The notes under the pieces were generated by a model. That model saw only the letters and a program-made list of their open reading frames with translations, was not told where the DNA came from and ran no database searches. Shown here in pieces: positions 9,843 through 19,356 of a stretch of DNA of 64,000 bases. Source of the stretch: an uncultured delta proteobacterium. GTDB taxonomy: Bacteria > Myxococcota > Kuafuiibacteriia > Kuafuiibacteriales > Kuafuiibacteriaceae. A program made the position numbers and the translations under genes. The stretch lies in the NCBI GenBank assembly GCA_963803435.1, contig CAWDML010000008.1:608001-672000 (forward strand), given 5' to 3'. Positions within the stretch are counted from its first letter, which is position 1; the number at the start of each line of letters is the position of its first letter.

Positions 9843-11037
9843 TCAGCGAGCGGCATCGATCGTCTTCAGCGCACGCCGGGCGCGCTCCCGGATCTGCGGC
9901 GATCGATCTCGAAGCCCACGCTCGAAGACCGGCCGTGCCTCGTCGATCCTTCCCAGGTCCAGGAGCTGCCTTCCCAGCATGAGCGACATCTCTCCCGCGC
10001 GCGCCGAGTCGGAGCGCCGCTCCAGGAACGCACGCATCGCCTCCGCGGCAGCCTCGCTCCGTCCGGCCTTCGCCAGGGCGATCGCGCGCCAGTACTCCGC
10101 GTCCTCGGCCGCGGGCGCCGAAGGATCGCGGGAGGCCACGCCGAACGACTCTGCCGCCCCTGGGTAGTCGCGCGCCTTGAAGCGGCGCAATCCCTCGACG
10201 AAGGCGGACTCGACCGGATCGGGCGCTTCCGCCGGGGCCGGCTCGATCTCGACGCGCGCGATCGGCTCCGGCTGAAGCGGTGCAGGCCGCTCGATGTCCG
10301 CGCCCAGCTGCTTGCGGGCCGGCACCGCGCGCTCCTGGATCGCCGGCTTCGACGCGGGCGCCGGAGGCCAGCGCTCTCCTTCCCTGAGAATCACCGGCGC
10401 CCCGTCCTTCGACCTCACCTCCGCCCGCCCCGCCAGCACCTCGACCGACGCCAGCTTCCCGTGAACCGCAGTGAGCGCGAACGACGTACCCGAGAGCTCG
10501 ATCTCGCTGTCGTCGGTCACCACCAGGAAGCGCTGGCCGGCCTCGAGCGGCTCCACCTCGAGGCTGATGCGCCCGTCGCTGAGCTCGACGATCTCTTCGC
10601 GGATGGCGCCGCGGCCGCGCTCGATCCGGTGGGCGAACACGGCGTGCTCCGAGCCGCGCACGACCGCGACCGGCTCCTGCGGTGGCTCGGCGCGCACGAC
10701 CCGCGGGCGGTCGGGATCGCCGGCGATCCGATCGGTGATCGCGAGCGAGAGCAGCACCACCGCGGCGGTCGCGAGCGGCAAGAACCGCCGCCGCTGGGCG
10801 GGGGGCACCTTCCGCTCGGCGGCGACGGTGAGGATGCGGCTCCGCAACAGGTCGAGGGTATCGGGTTCGTCAGGGCGGATCGGGAGCTGCTTGCCGAGCC
10901 GCGACAGCATCTCGAAGCTCTGCCACGTGCTCCGGCACGACTCGCAAGTCTCGACATGACGAGCGACGTCGGACTCCGGCGCGGGGAACGCGCGCGAGAG
11001 CGCCTCATCCGATGGACATCCCAGAGGTCGCCTCGAT
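9843..11037 (-). CDS. FecR-type anti-sigma factor with zinc-finger N-terminus and C-terminal TPR (in frame with upstream sigma as assembled)
   Basis: HVETCESC ZAS-like motif, TM helix, FecR motif (RFLVVTDDSEIELSGTSF...VEVLAGRAEV) and C-terminal TPR-like helices. Confidence 0.8.
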
Positions 11038-11624
11038 GATCCCTCCTCGAGCGCGCGCCGCAGCGCCTTGCGGGCCTCGTGCAAACGGCGCCACAGGGTG
11101 CCGGGGCGAATACCGAGCGCGGTGGCCGCATCGACGCCCGAGATCTCTTCCAGATCGCACATCACGAACGCGGTCCGCCGATCCGGATCCAGCGTCATCA
11201 GCGCTCGACCCAGGCGCTCGACCAGCATCTGGTCGCCGATGGTCTCCTCCTGGGAGCGCTCCGGGCTCGGCGGTCGCTTCTCGAGCAGCGAGAGCGCGGT
11301 CCGCCGCCGCACTTCGCCGCGCACGTGGTGGCGTGCCAGGTTGTGCGAGATCGCGAGGATCCAGCTCTTCACCGAGGAGCGCCGCCCGAAGCGGGCCGCC
11401 GAGCGCCAGACCTCGAGAAAGGTGGCCTGCGCCAGATCGTCGAGCTCGAGGCAATCATGCCCGAGGAGTCGGGAGAGGAAGCGCAGCACGTCCCGGTGAA
11501 AGCGATCGAACAGCACGCCGAGCGCCGCCGTATCGCCGGACGCGCACGCCGCCACGATCGCTTCGTCCGACATCTCCTCGACGACGCCTCGAATCCGCCT
11601 GAGGACGATCACCTTCCCGCCCAT
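11033..11624 (-). CDS. ECF sigma-70 factor
   Basis: Region 2 (DDLAQATFLEVWRSAARF..SSVKSWILAI) and region 4 (RTAFVMCDLEEISGVDAATALGIRPGTLWRRLHEARK). ATG 11624 overlaps the upstream stop. Confidence 0.9.
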
Positions 11625-12574
11625 CACAGTCCGATCCTGAGACCGATCGCGAGCCGACCCGACCACCTCGGCTCGGCGAGGCTCGCCAGCAAGAAGGGCG
11701 ATTCGAGACGGACGTCGGTCGCCAGCGGCGAGAAGGTCGCCCCCGCGATCACCTCCAGGGAGACGACCTCTCCCATCGGGAGATACGCGGCGAGGTCGGC
11801 GTGTGCGCGCGGGCGCGTCCGATCGAACGGGTCCGGAGGGATCGGCTCCTTGCCGATCACGCAGGGAGTCTCCGGCGCACACGCGATCGGCGTGTTGTCG
11901 CCTTGCGGCGAGATGTGGAGCCAGGCGGCGCCCACCGAGAGCCTGGCCGCGAGCGTGACCACGGTGAGATCGAGCTCGGCGCTCGCACCCAGGGCGACCT
12001 CGAGCTCGCTCCTCCGGGTCGGGAATGGCGCGCCCTGGCCGACGGTGCCGCCGTAGAGCAAGCGCCCGATCAGATCGATGCACAGCCAGCGGAACCGAAG
12101 GCAGGCGCCGATGGCGGTCCCGCCGAGCACCGAACGGTCGTCGGCGGTCGCGACCTCGGCCGCGGCCGACAGCAAGAACATCGAGGGCCTCCTTGGGCGC
12201 GGGACCGGCTGCACCTCGAGCTCGATCGGTGGCTCTTCGCGCACCGGCGCTGCGATCGGCTCGGGCACCTCCATCAGCTCGTCGGGGACGAGCGTCCAGG
12301 ACTCGACCAGCGCGGCGATCATCTCGGGAGACTGAACCTCGCGCTTGCTCTGGCGTCCCGTCTCGTCGGTGATCTCGACGGCGATCCGATCGTGCTCGGC
12401 GCGATCGACGCGAACGAGCAGCGAAGCACACGCGCCGTCGTCGTCCGTGGGGACTCCGGCCTTCGCGATCGCCTCCAGCGCGGCGGCCCGCACCGGCGGC
12501 TCGCCCTCGACGACCACCGCCGGGACACACGCCGGCGTGACCGAGAGCACCGCGAGGGTGAGCAGCCCGAACAC
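11624..12574 (-). CDS. Exported hypothetical protein with beta-rich C-terminus, first gene of the sigma/FecR operon
   Basis: Signal peptide, Pro-rich linker, and alternating beta-strand C-terminus ending LAIGLRIGL. Coupled to the sigma gene by ATGA. Confidence 0.7.
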   Translation of the reverse strand: MFGLLTLAVLSVTPACVPAVVVEGEPPVRAAALEAIAKAGVPTDDDGACASLLVRVDRAEHDRIAVEITDETGRQSKREVQSPEMIAALVESWTLVPDELMEVPEPIAAPVREEPPIELEVQPVPRPRRPSMFLLSAAAEVATADDRSVLGGTAIGACLRFRWLCIDLIGRLLYGGTVGQGAPFPTRRSELEVALGASAELDLTVVTLAARLSVGAAWLHISPQGDNTPIACAPETPCVIGKEPIPPDPFDRTRPRAHADLAAYLPMGEVVSLEVIAGATFSPLATDVRLESPFLLASLAEPRWSGRLAIGLRIGL

Positions 12575-12700
12575 ATCTCATCAGTGCCCGAGACCGCCGA
12601 TTCCTTCGCATGAAAAAACCTCCGAAGGCTCCTCCGGCTCCGGGCACTACGAAAAGCCAAACGGTCGTGCCCGGCACGGCCCAGAAAGGGGAGGCAGCAG

Positions 12701-14580
12701 ATGGTTCGAATCAGATCCGCGCTCGTCGCGCTCGTCGCGACGGCCGCTTGCTCGGGAGGTCCGTCCCTACAGGACGGTCGGAGCCCCACCGGCAGTCAGT
12801 CGCTGGTGACCTCGTCCGGCTTCGACGCGCTGTACGTCGCGAACGCCGCCGAAGACACGATCGCCCGGATCGACACGGCCGATCACGTCGTCACCGAGCT
12901 GCCGCTCGCTGGAGAGCCCACGCGGATCGCGCGTGCGGGCGGCCGGGTGATCGTCAGCCTTCGTGCGAAGCGCCGGCTGGCGCTGTTCGACGAGACCGAC
13001 TCGGGCCTAGTCCCGGCGGGAGAGATCGAGGTTGGCGCCGAGCCGTACGGGATCGTCGCCCGGGAGGATGGTCGCTTCTTCTACGTCGCCTCATCCACCA
13101 GCGATCTCGTGGAGGAGTTCGACGCCGCGACCTTGGTGAAGACGCGCGCCTGGACCGTGTCCGGTGAGCCTCGCTGGCTGGCGATCCATCCCAGCGGTCG
13201 GACGCTCTACGCCGCATCCGTGCTGGGCTCGAGGGTGAGCTTCATCGATCTCGACACCGGACGATCGTCGGAGGTCGATCTACCGATCGAGTCCGGCTTC
13301 AGCAACGAGGGCGAGCAGGTCGAGCTGACCTCGCGTGTGACCGGAGACCCGGCGGTTTCGCCCGACGGCTCGAAGGTCGCGATCCCCACCGTCTACGTCG
13401 ACAACCAGACCGCCATCAGCGACGACGAGGGCGACGGCGAGGAGGATCCCAAGGGCGGCTACTCCGAGCGCATCAACCCGGTGGTGGTGATGCTCCCGGT
13501 GAACGGCGACGGCCACCCGGACGGTGAGGCGGCGCTCGCGCCGATCAAGGCGTTCGCAGTCAGCAGCTATCCTGCTTCGGTCGCGTTCTCGCCCGACTCG
13601 AAGCTGGTGGTCGCAACCATGGAAGGCGCCTCCGGAGTTGCGGTGCTGGCCTCCAAGATCGATCAGCCGAGCAGCGTGGAGCCGAGGGTTGGCCTGTTCA
13701 ACTTCGTCCCGAGCGACGTCATCACGACCGAGGCCGGGCCCCGCGGCATCGCGTTCACCGCCGACGACACCGCGTGGGTCTACGGCTTCCTCGATTCGGA
13801 CGGTCTCGGAGCTCGACCTCTCGGGCAGCCGCCAGCTGCTCCAGACGAACAACAAAGATGGCTTCGCCGTCGGACCCGATCCCTTCACTCGGAGATTCGA
13901 GCAGCCTCACGGTCGTCGCGGTGGCGAGGAGCAACCTGTCCGCCGAGGTCGAGCGCGGCCGGCGCCTGTTCTACTCCACCGACGACCCGCGCGTGTCGCA
14001 GCAAGGCTCGAGCGTGAGCTGCTCGACCTGCCACTTCGAGGGAAGAAACGACGGCCTCACCTGGACGTTCGACCGCGGACCGCGCCAGACGCCCTCGCTC
14101 GCAGGCGTGGTCTCCGCTCGGGCGCCGGTCCGCTGGGAGGGGGATCGGGAGACCGTGGCGGTCGACGCGATGCGGACCAGCCAGGGCCTGATGGGCGGCG
14201 AGGGGCTGACCGAGTCCGACGCCGCAGACATCGAGGCCTTCGTCGACTTCACGCGCAACGTCGATCTGCCGCTCAAAGGCACGACCGATCCGACCATCGA
14301 GCTCGGCCGGTCGATCTTCGAGCGCCCCGACGTCGGCTGCGTGAGCTGCCACAGCGGCGCCCTCTACAGCGATAACGTGCAGCACGATCTGCTCGGCCTC
14401 TCGGGTGTGAAGACGCCCTCGCTGATCGGAGTGGGGGCGACGGCGCCGTACTTCCACGATGGCTCGGCCTCGACCCTGCGCGAGGTCGTCCTCCGCGGTC
14501 GGACCGGCGCGATGGGGAACACCAGCTCGCTGTCCGACGTCGAGGTCGACGCGCTGGCTCGGTTCCTCGAGTCGCTCTGA
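12701..14580 (+). CDS. YVTN/YncE beta-propeller plus di-heme cytochrome c (peroxidase-like) lipoprotein, two frameshifts (~13796, ~13881)
   Basis: Lipobox TAAC and propeller repeats (LYVAN, VGAEPYGI, SPDG). C-terminal GRRLF..SCSTCH..RQTPSL and GCVSCH..TPSLIGV..TAPYFHDGS are spread over three frames. Confidence 0.8.
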
Positions 14581-14723
14581 GAACCGGTCCTAGAACCGTT
14601 CCGTGCGCTATTCCGTGTTGCACCTGTTCTGGCATTCGCTGGTCGTCTTCAGCTCATGAAGGGCGAATGCCAGAACGCCGACACACGGAACAGCGAACGA
14701 TTCGGAGGTTTCGGACCGGTTCT
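14580..14723. repeat. Long imperfect inverted repeat (MITE/REP-like hairpin or bidirectional terminator)
   Basis: Nested arms: AGAACCGGTCC/GGACCGGTTCT, CGCTATTCCGTGT/ACACGGAACAGCG (1 mismatch), GTTCTGGCATTCGC/GCGAATGCCAGAAC and CTTCA/TGAAG. Confidence 0.85.
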
Positions 14724-14726
14724 AGA

Positions 14727-15467
14727 TCAGCGCGCCCGCAGCAGCCAGTGTCGTAGGAACGCGATCGGTGAGACGCCTGCACAGGGCACGGGCACGCCGC
14801 CGGCGCCCAGGTTGACCCGATGCAGGAACGCGGCCTCGACTCGGCCGAACCCGAGCTCGGCCAGCGGATCGCGCTCCGAGGTCCCCACCTTCACCGCCAC
14901 CTCCACGCGCCTGACCTCGATCGCCTCTTCCTTGGGCGTGAACGCCAGGACCTTCGGCAAGGCGAGGCCGAGCGAGGCGCGGATGTTCCGATGAGGTCGC
15001 CCGAGCATCGGCGGCGGATCGGTGACCCGCTCGCCGATGCGCCCCTCCATCGAGAGGAGCTCGGCACCGCGCCGGGAGGCGAGGCCCCGGATCGAATCCC
15101 CCTCGATCGCGAGCTCGATCGTCCCCATCTTCTTGGGATAGCCGAGGAGCTCGCGGCCGAGGATCAGCGCCACGTCGTCGTCGACCAGCATCCACGGGCA
15201 GTAGAGCGCGTCCCGGCGGCGATGCCGGACGTGAAGGAAGAGGCCGGCCTCGTGATAGACGGAGCCGAAGGAGCATTCGGGGAACCAGGCGGTGAAGATC
15301 GAGGCGCGGGCCGGTGAGGCCAGCCGGAGCGGGCGCGGCACCCAGCGGGCGGCGGCCACCGGGTCGATCTCCATGTCGGCGACGAAGTAGTGGGCGTCGC
15401 GGTAGAGCCACGCGCCCGGCGACATCATCTCGAGGAGCCGGCCGAGCGATCCGTCGATCGCGCTCAC
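14727..15467 (-). CDS. Acetoacetate decarboxylase family protein
   Basis: Motifs YHEAGLF and GRELLGYPKK (Schiff-base Lys motif). GTG start overlaps the SDR stop. Confidence 0.85.
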   Translation of the reverse strand: MSAIDGSLGRLLEMMSPGAWLYRDAHYFVADMEIDPVAAARWVPRPLRLASPARASIFTAWFPECSFGSVYHEAGLFLHVRHRRRDALYCPWMLVDDDVALILGRELLGYPKKMGTIELAIEGDSIRGLASRRGAELLSMEGRIGERVTDPPPMLGRPHRNIRASLGLALPKVLAFTPKEEAIEVRRVEVAVKVGTSERDPLAELGFGRVEAAFLHRVNLGAGGVPVPCAGVSPIAFLRHWLLRAR

Positions 15468-16333
15468 AGCGCGGCCACGCGCCGCGACGGAAGGCCGGCC
15501 GCGCGCCGGAAGATCGCGTCCATCAGCCACGTAGGCACGAACGCCAGCATCATGAAGAGCAGCTCGAATCGGCAGGAGGGGACGAGGTAGCGGGCGCGCG
15601 GGCTCCTCGTGGTGATCGCGCGCTGCACCGTGCGCGCGACCAGGTTGGGACCGACCGCGAAGCGATCGGAGACGCCGCGGAGGGTGTCGGCCCGGGTGTA
15701 GACCTCCTCGTAGCGCGAGCCATCCTTCGGCGGCAGCGAGGTCATCGTTCGGTCCGCGAAGCTCGACTCGACAGGACCTGGCTCGATGATCACGACGCGG
15801 ACGCCGAACGGCGCCAGCTCCATGCGCAGCGCGTCCGACATCGCCTCGACCGCGTACTTCGAGGCGTGGTATGCGCCGAAGAATGGGAACGTGAACCGCC
15901 CTCCCGCGCTGCTGACGTTGATGATCGTGCCGTGCCGCTTGTCGACCATCGCTGGCACGAACGCGCGCGTCACGGACATCAGTCCGAAGACGTTGACGTC
16001 GAACTGTGCGCGCAACGTCGAGTCATGCAGCTCGAGCAGCGCGCCCGCCTGCCCATAGCCCGCATTGTTGACGAGGACGTCGACACCTCGACCCTCCGTC
16101 CGCGCGTTCACCTCCGCCGCGGCGCTCGCGATGCTCAGCGGATCGGTGACGTCGAGCGCGAACGTCTCGAGCGCGATCCCCTGATCGTTGGCCTCGGCCT
16201 CGAGGGCCGCCAGCGCCTCCGCCCGCCGTCCGGTGGCAAACACGCGATGGCCGCGCCGCGCGAGGTCGAGGGCGAGATGGCGACCGATTCCGGCGGTGGC
16301 TCCGGTGATCAGGACGGTCTGGGCGCTGGGCAT
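15464..16333 (-). CDS. SDR family oxidoreductase
   Basis: TGATAGIG, VLVNNAG and catalytic YHASK. Confidence 0.92.
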   Translation of the reverse strand: MPSAQTVLITGATAGIGRHLALDLARRGHRVFATGRRAEALAALEAEANDQGIALETFALDVTDPLSIASAAAEVNARTEGRGVDVLVNNAGYGQAGALLELHDSTLRAQFDVNVFGLMSVTRAFVPAMVDKRHGTIINVSSAGGRFTFPFFGAYHASKYAVEAMSDALRMELAPFGVRVVIIEPGPVESSFADRTMTSLPPKDGSRYEEVYTRADTLRGVSDRFAVGPNLVARTVQRAITTRSPRARYLVPSCRFELLFMMLAFVPTWLMDAIFRRAAGLPSRRVAAL

Positions 16334-16339
16334 GAGCGA

Positions 16340-16432
16340 GGTATACATCATGTATCCATACCGGCAAACCATGCCTCTGTCCGCCTCTTCTGAGTCGACT
16401 CACTGACCGATATGGGATACACGACGTATACC
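16340..16432. promoter_or_regulatory. Two TetR-like operator sites plus a central palindrome
   Basis: GGTATACATCATGTATCC (16340-16357) and GGATACACGACGTATACC (16415-16432) are inverted copies matching at 16/18. TGAGTCGACTCA (16391-16402) is a perfect palindrome. Confidence 0.7.
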
Positions 16433-17035
16433 GTGATCCGCAGCCTGGAAGCTGTCCGGTCCGCGCTCTCGCTTCGCCTGGCGGAGGGCGGAATCCTGCA
16501 CGCCGCGATCGACGTGTTCGCCCAGCACGGCTTCACGGCGACGCGCGTCGAGGACATCCTGGCAGCCGCCGGCGTGGCGCGCCGCACGTTCTACAAGTAC
16601 TTCCGCAGCAAGGAGGAGGTCCTGGCCGCGATCTACGAGCTCGCCACCAGCGAGCTGATCGACGTGATCCAGAGCGCAGGCTCCGAGGCGCCCGGCGATC
16701 CGCTCGACGCGATCCGAGACGGCCTCGACGCCTACCTCGACTATCACGTCGCCAACGCCCGACTTCTCCGCGTGCTGGTCCAGCAGGCGATCCGCCTCGA
16801 CTCCCCGCTCGCGGTGCATCGCCGTCGTTTCCGGGAACAATTGATCCGGCTGCTCGACGCGGCGGTTCAGGCCAGCACGGGAGAGATCCTCGATCCCATG
16901 TTCTTCGCCGCGCTCATCTCCGCGGTGGAGGGCGTGTCGCTCGACTTGCTCTCGAGCGACCCGAGCGAGACCGAGGTCGATCGCGCGAAGTCGGCCCTCC
17001 ACTCGATCCTCGAGCGGACGCTGCGCCCCGGCTGA
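16433..17035 (+). CDS. TetR/AcrR family regulator
   Basis: HTH ILHAAIDVFAQHGFTATRVEDILAAAGVARRTFYKYFRSKEE. Divergent from the SDR gene. Confidence 0.92.
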   Translation: MIRSLEAVRSALSLRLAEGGILHAAIDVFAQHGFTATRVEDILAAAGVARRTFYKYFRSKEEVLAAIYELATSELIDVIQSAGSEAPGDPLDAIRDGLDAYLDYHVANARLLRVLVQQAIRLDSPLAVHRRRFREQLIRLLDAAVQASTGEILDPMFFAALISAVEGVSLDLLSSDPSETEVDRAKSALHSILERTLRPG

Positions 17036-17038
17036 TCC

Positions 17039-18211
17039 TCACTGTGGATACAGGTAGCCCTCGACGCGCTCGAGGTTGTAGCCGTACACGCCCGCCGCGA
17101 TCCAGGCCTCGTTCGGGTCCGCCGTGTAGAAGTGATCGAGCAAGCTCGGATTCCACATCCTGTAGAGCGGGATGCTGCCGGCGACCCGCTGCGGGAACAG
17201 GTATCCGGTGACGCTGCCGAAGACGTAGCCGAAGTACGCGTAGCCACCGTCGTTGCGGTCGACGGTGTACAGGTGATCGCCGAGCGCGGGGTGGTCGTAC
17301 CTGAAGAGGGCGACGGAGCCCGGGCGCTGATCCGGCAGCACCCTGCCGGTCACGCCCTCCTCGTGGTAACCGCCGGCCGCGGCGAAGGCCTGCTCGTCCG
17401 CCCTCGTCGTGTAGAAGTGGTTCTGCACGCTTGCGCTGTACATGCGGTGAAGCGGCACTGCGCCGCGCGCTTGGGCGATCTGCCGTCCGATCCAGGTGGC
17501 GACGAGATCGACGCGCGCCAGGAGCTCTCGCCCATACTGGCCTGCGTTGGGGTTCAGCGCCGATGCGACGGCGACGATGGTGTGCGGCGACGAGGCCGGG
17601 ACCACGACCGGGCCTCCGGAGTCACCGCCCTCGATGAGGTCGTAGTCGACGACGTAGTCGTGCGGCCACCCCACGCCGCTGCCGTTCTCGACCGGCACCC
17701 GCGCACCGACGAACAGATCGGTGTACGAGATGCTGCCGTTCCTCACGCGGCCGATGTTCACGACCGACGCGCCGGCGTCGAGCGGAGCGGTCGCGAGCGC
17801 GGGGTAGGCGGTGAGCGCGACCGGCTCCGTGAGGAACAGCAGGCCAACGTCGTGGGCCTGTCGCGACAGGTTGTCCCGATCGATCGGCTCGTACGCGGCG
17901 CCGTGCGAGACGTACGCGTGAACACCGCCCGGGGCCGCGTAGGGAAGCGTGACCTGCCAGGCGACGAAGCCCGAGACACAGTGCCCTGCCGTGAGGACCA
18001 CGGTCGGCGCGATCAGCGCGCCCGAGCAGACGTACCGCGTCCCGTCGCCCGGCCACGCGAAGATCAGCGCTGCCTCCGGATACTGCGTCGCTTTGCCCGA
18101 CGGGGCGACGATCGATTCGGTGTCGACGCTCTCGTCCGGCTCGGGCCCGCACCCGCCGGCGGCGAGGATCGCAGCGAGCCCCAGCGTTCCAACAGACAGT
18201 GTACTCCCCAT
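17039..18211 (-). CDS. Trypsin-like S1 protease lipoprotein with C-terminal HFYT (DUF5648-like) repeats
   Basis: Catalytic triad motifs TAGHC, DVGLL and GDSGGP. Three LxRxY/W...DH[FL]YT...GY..EG-type repeats. Confidence 0.88.
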   Translation of the reverse strand: MGSTLSVGTLGLAAILAAGGCGPEPDESVDTESIVAPSGKATQYPEAALIFAWPGDGTRYVCSGALIAPTVVLTAGHCVSGFVAWQVTLPYAAPGGVHAYVSHGAAYEPIDRDNLSRQAHDVGLLFLTEPVALTAYPALATAPLDAGASVVNIGRVRNGSISYTDLFVGARVPVENGSGVGWPHDYVVDYDLIEGGDSGGPVVVPASSPHTIVAVASALNPNAGQYGRELLARVDLVATWIGRQIAQARGAVPLHRMYSASVQNHFYTTRADEQAFAAAGGYHEEGVTGRVLPDQRPGSVALFRYDHPALGDHLYTVDRNDGGYAYFGYVFGSVTGYLFPQRVAGSIPLYRMWNPSLLDHFYTADPNEAWIAAGVYGYNLERVEGYLYPQ

Positions 18212-18272
18212 GATGTACGTACCTCCTCCCTTGCTTGGACAACCGACACACCGAAGGTGTGACCGGTGGAGG

Positions 18273-19301
18273 TCAGCGGTCGGGGACCGACAGGTCACCC
18301 TGCATCGCCACGCTCACGTGCCCCGCCTCGCTCTCCTCGATGAGCGAGAGGTGCCCGTCCCCCTGGTGGCCGTGGCGCGCCTCGATCGCGTCGATCGCTC
18401 TGCGCAGGTAGAAGCTGAGCCGCGGGACGTCCGCGAGTGCGGGCGCGCGCCGCCGGAGCGCGGCGACTCCGAAGAGGGTCCCGATCGAGGCCAGCACCTG
18501 GAGCGCGGGCTGGACCACCTCGAGGCGCGCGGAGGCGAACAACGCCTCGAGGGCCTCCTGCTCCGTGATCCGATCGAGGCTGCCCGCGTGCGCCGCCGCG
18601 ACCAGCCGGAGGCGAGGATCGGGGTCGCGCAACGCGCGGATGGCGGCACGCAAGGCCCCGGGCTGGTGGAGGAGCAGGAGCAGGTTCTCGAGCCTCACCG
18701 ACGGATCGGGGTCGTTATCCACGTTCGCCCCGATCAGCTCGATCGTGTCCTGATTGTCGAATGGGAGGACGTCGGCGAGCCGCAGGGCGGAGTGGACCTG
18801 AGAGACCACGCAGTCGAGCTGCTCCGGGAGCAGCGGGAACCAGAACCCGGCGGCCACGATCTTCCCCTCGCTGACGCAGAGCTGATCTTCGCGCGCCGAT
18901 TTCAAGACGTCGCGCGTCTCGAGCCTCATCGCCGCCGCGACGTGCAGCGGCGAGCCGCCGACGCTGTAGATTGCATCGCACGCGAGATCGCCCGTGGGCC
19001 GGCCGGGACGAGTGCACAGGAGCCGGGGTGCGATCCAGAGCGCTGGCGTCAACGCGCAGGTCGGGATCACTTCGACCTGGAGATAGTTGAAGAACGGGGA
19101 GGAGAACGTGACGCGGTGACCGGCGACGGAACCTTCCAGCCGCTGGTGGCCGAACATCGACGGCCCGCTCAGGATCTCGATGCCCAGGTGGTTCGCGAGC
19201 GTGCGGAACGTCTGCCGGAGCTTGCGTCCGTTGTTCCACTCGAGCGAGAGCGCAGAGGCCACCCCGAACCCAACCGCAAAAGGCAGGATCCCCAGCACCA
19301 C
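18273..19301 (-). CDS. Membrane-anchored HEAT-repeat hypothetical protein
   Basis: N-terminal TM segment and HEAT-like DPDPSVRL and DPDPRLRLVAA. Start position uncertain. Confidence 0.65.
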   Translation of the reverse strand: MVLGILPFAVGFGVASALSLEWNNGRKLRQTFRTLANHLGIEILSGPSMFGHQRLEGSVAGHRVTFSSPFFNYLQVEVIPTCALTPALWIAPRLLCTRPGRPTGDLACDAIYSVGGSPLHVAAAMRLETRDVLKSAREDQLCVSEGKIVAAGFWFPLLPEQLDCVVSQVHSALRLADVLPFDNQDTIELIGANVDNDPDPSVRLENLLLLLHQPGALRAAIRALRDPDPRLRLVAAAHAGSLDRITEQEALEALFASARLEVVQPALQVLASIGTLFGVAALRRRAPALADVPRLSFYLRRAIDAIEARHGHQGDGHLSLIEESEAGHVSVAMQGDLSVPDR

Positions 19302-19356
19302 CCGTCGAGGATGGCGACGACCCCGGTCGCGGTCAATGGGTCGGCGACAATGCAAC

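Noticed and set aside
11625-12677. Arg-rich N-terminal extension of the 944-aa ORF
   Set aside because: It is an off-frame overlap of the real 11624-12574 gene. The sigma starts at 11624.
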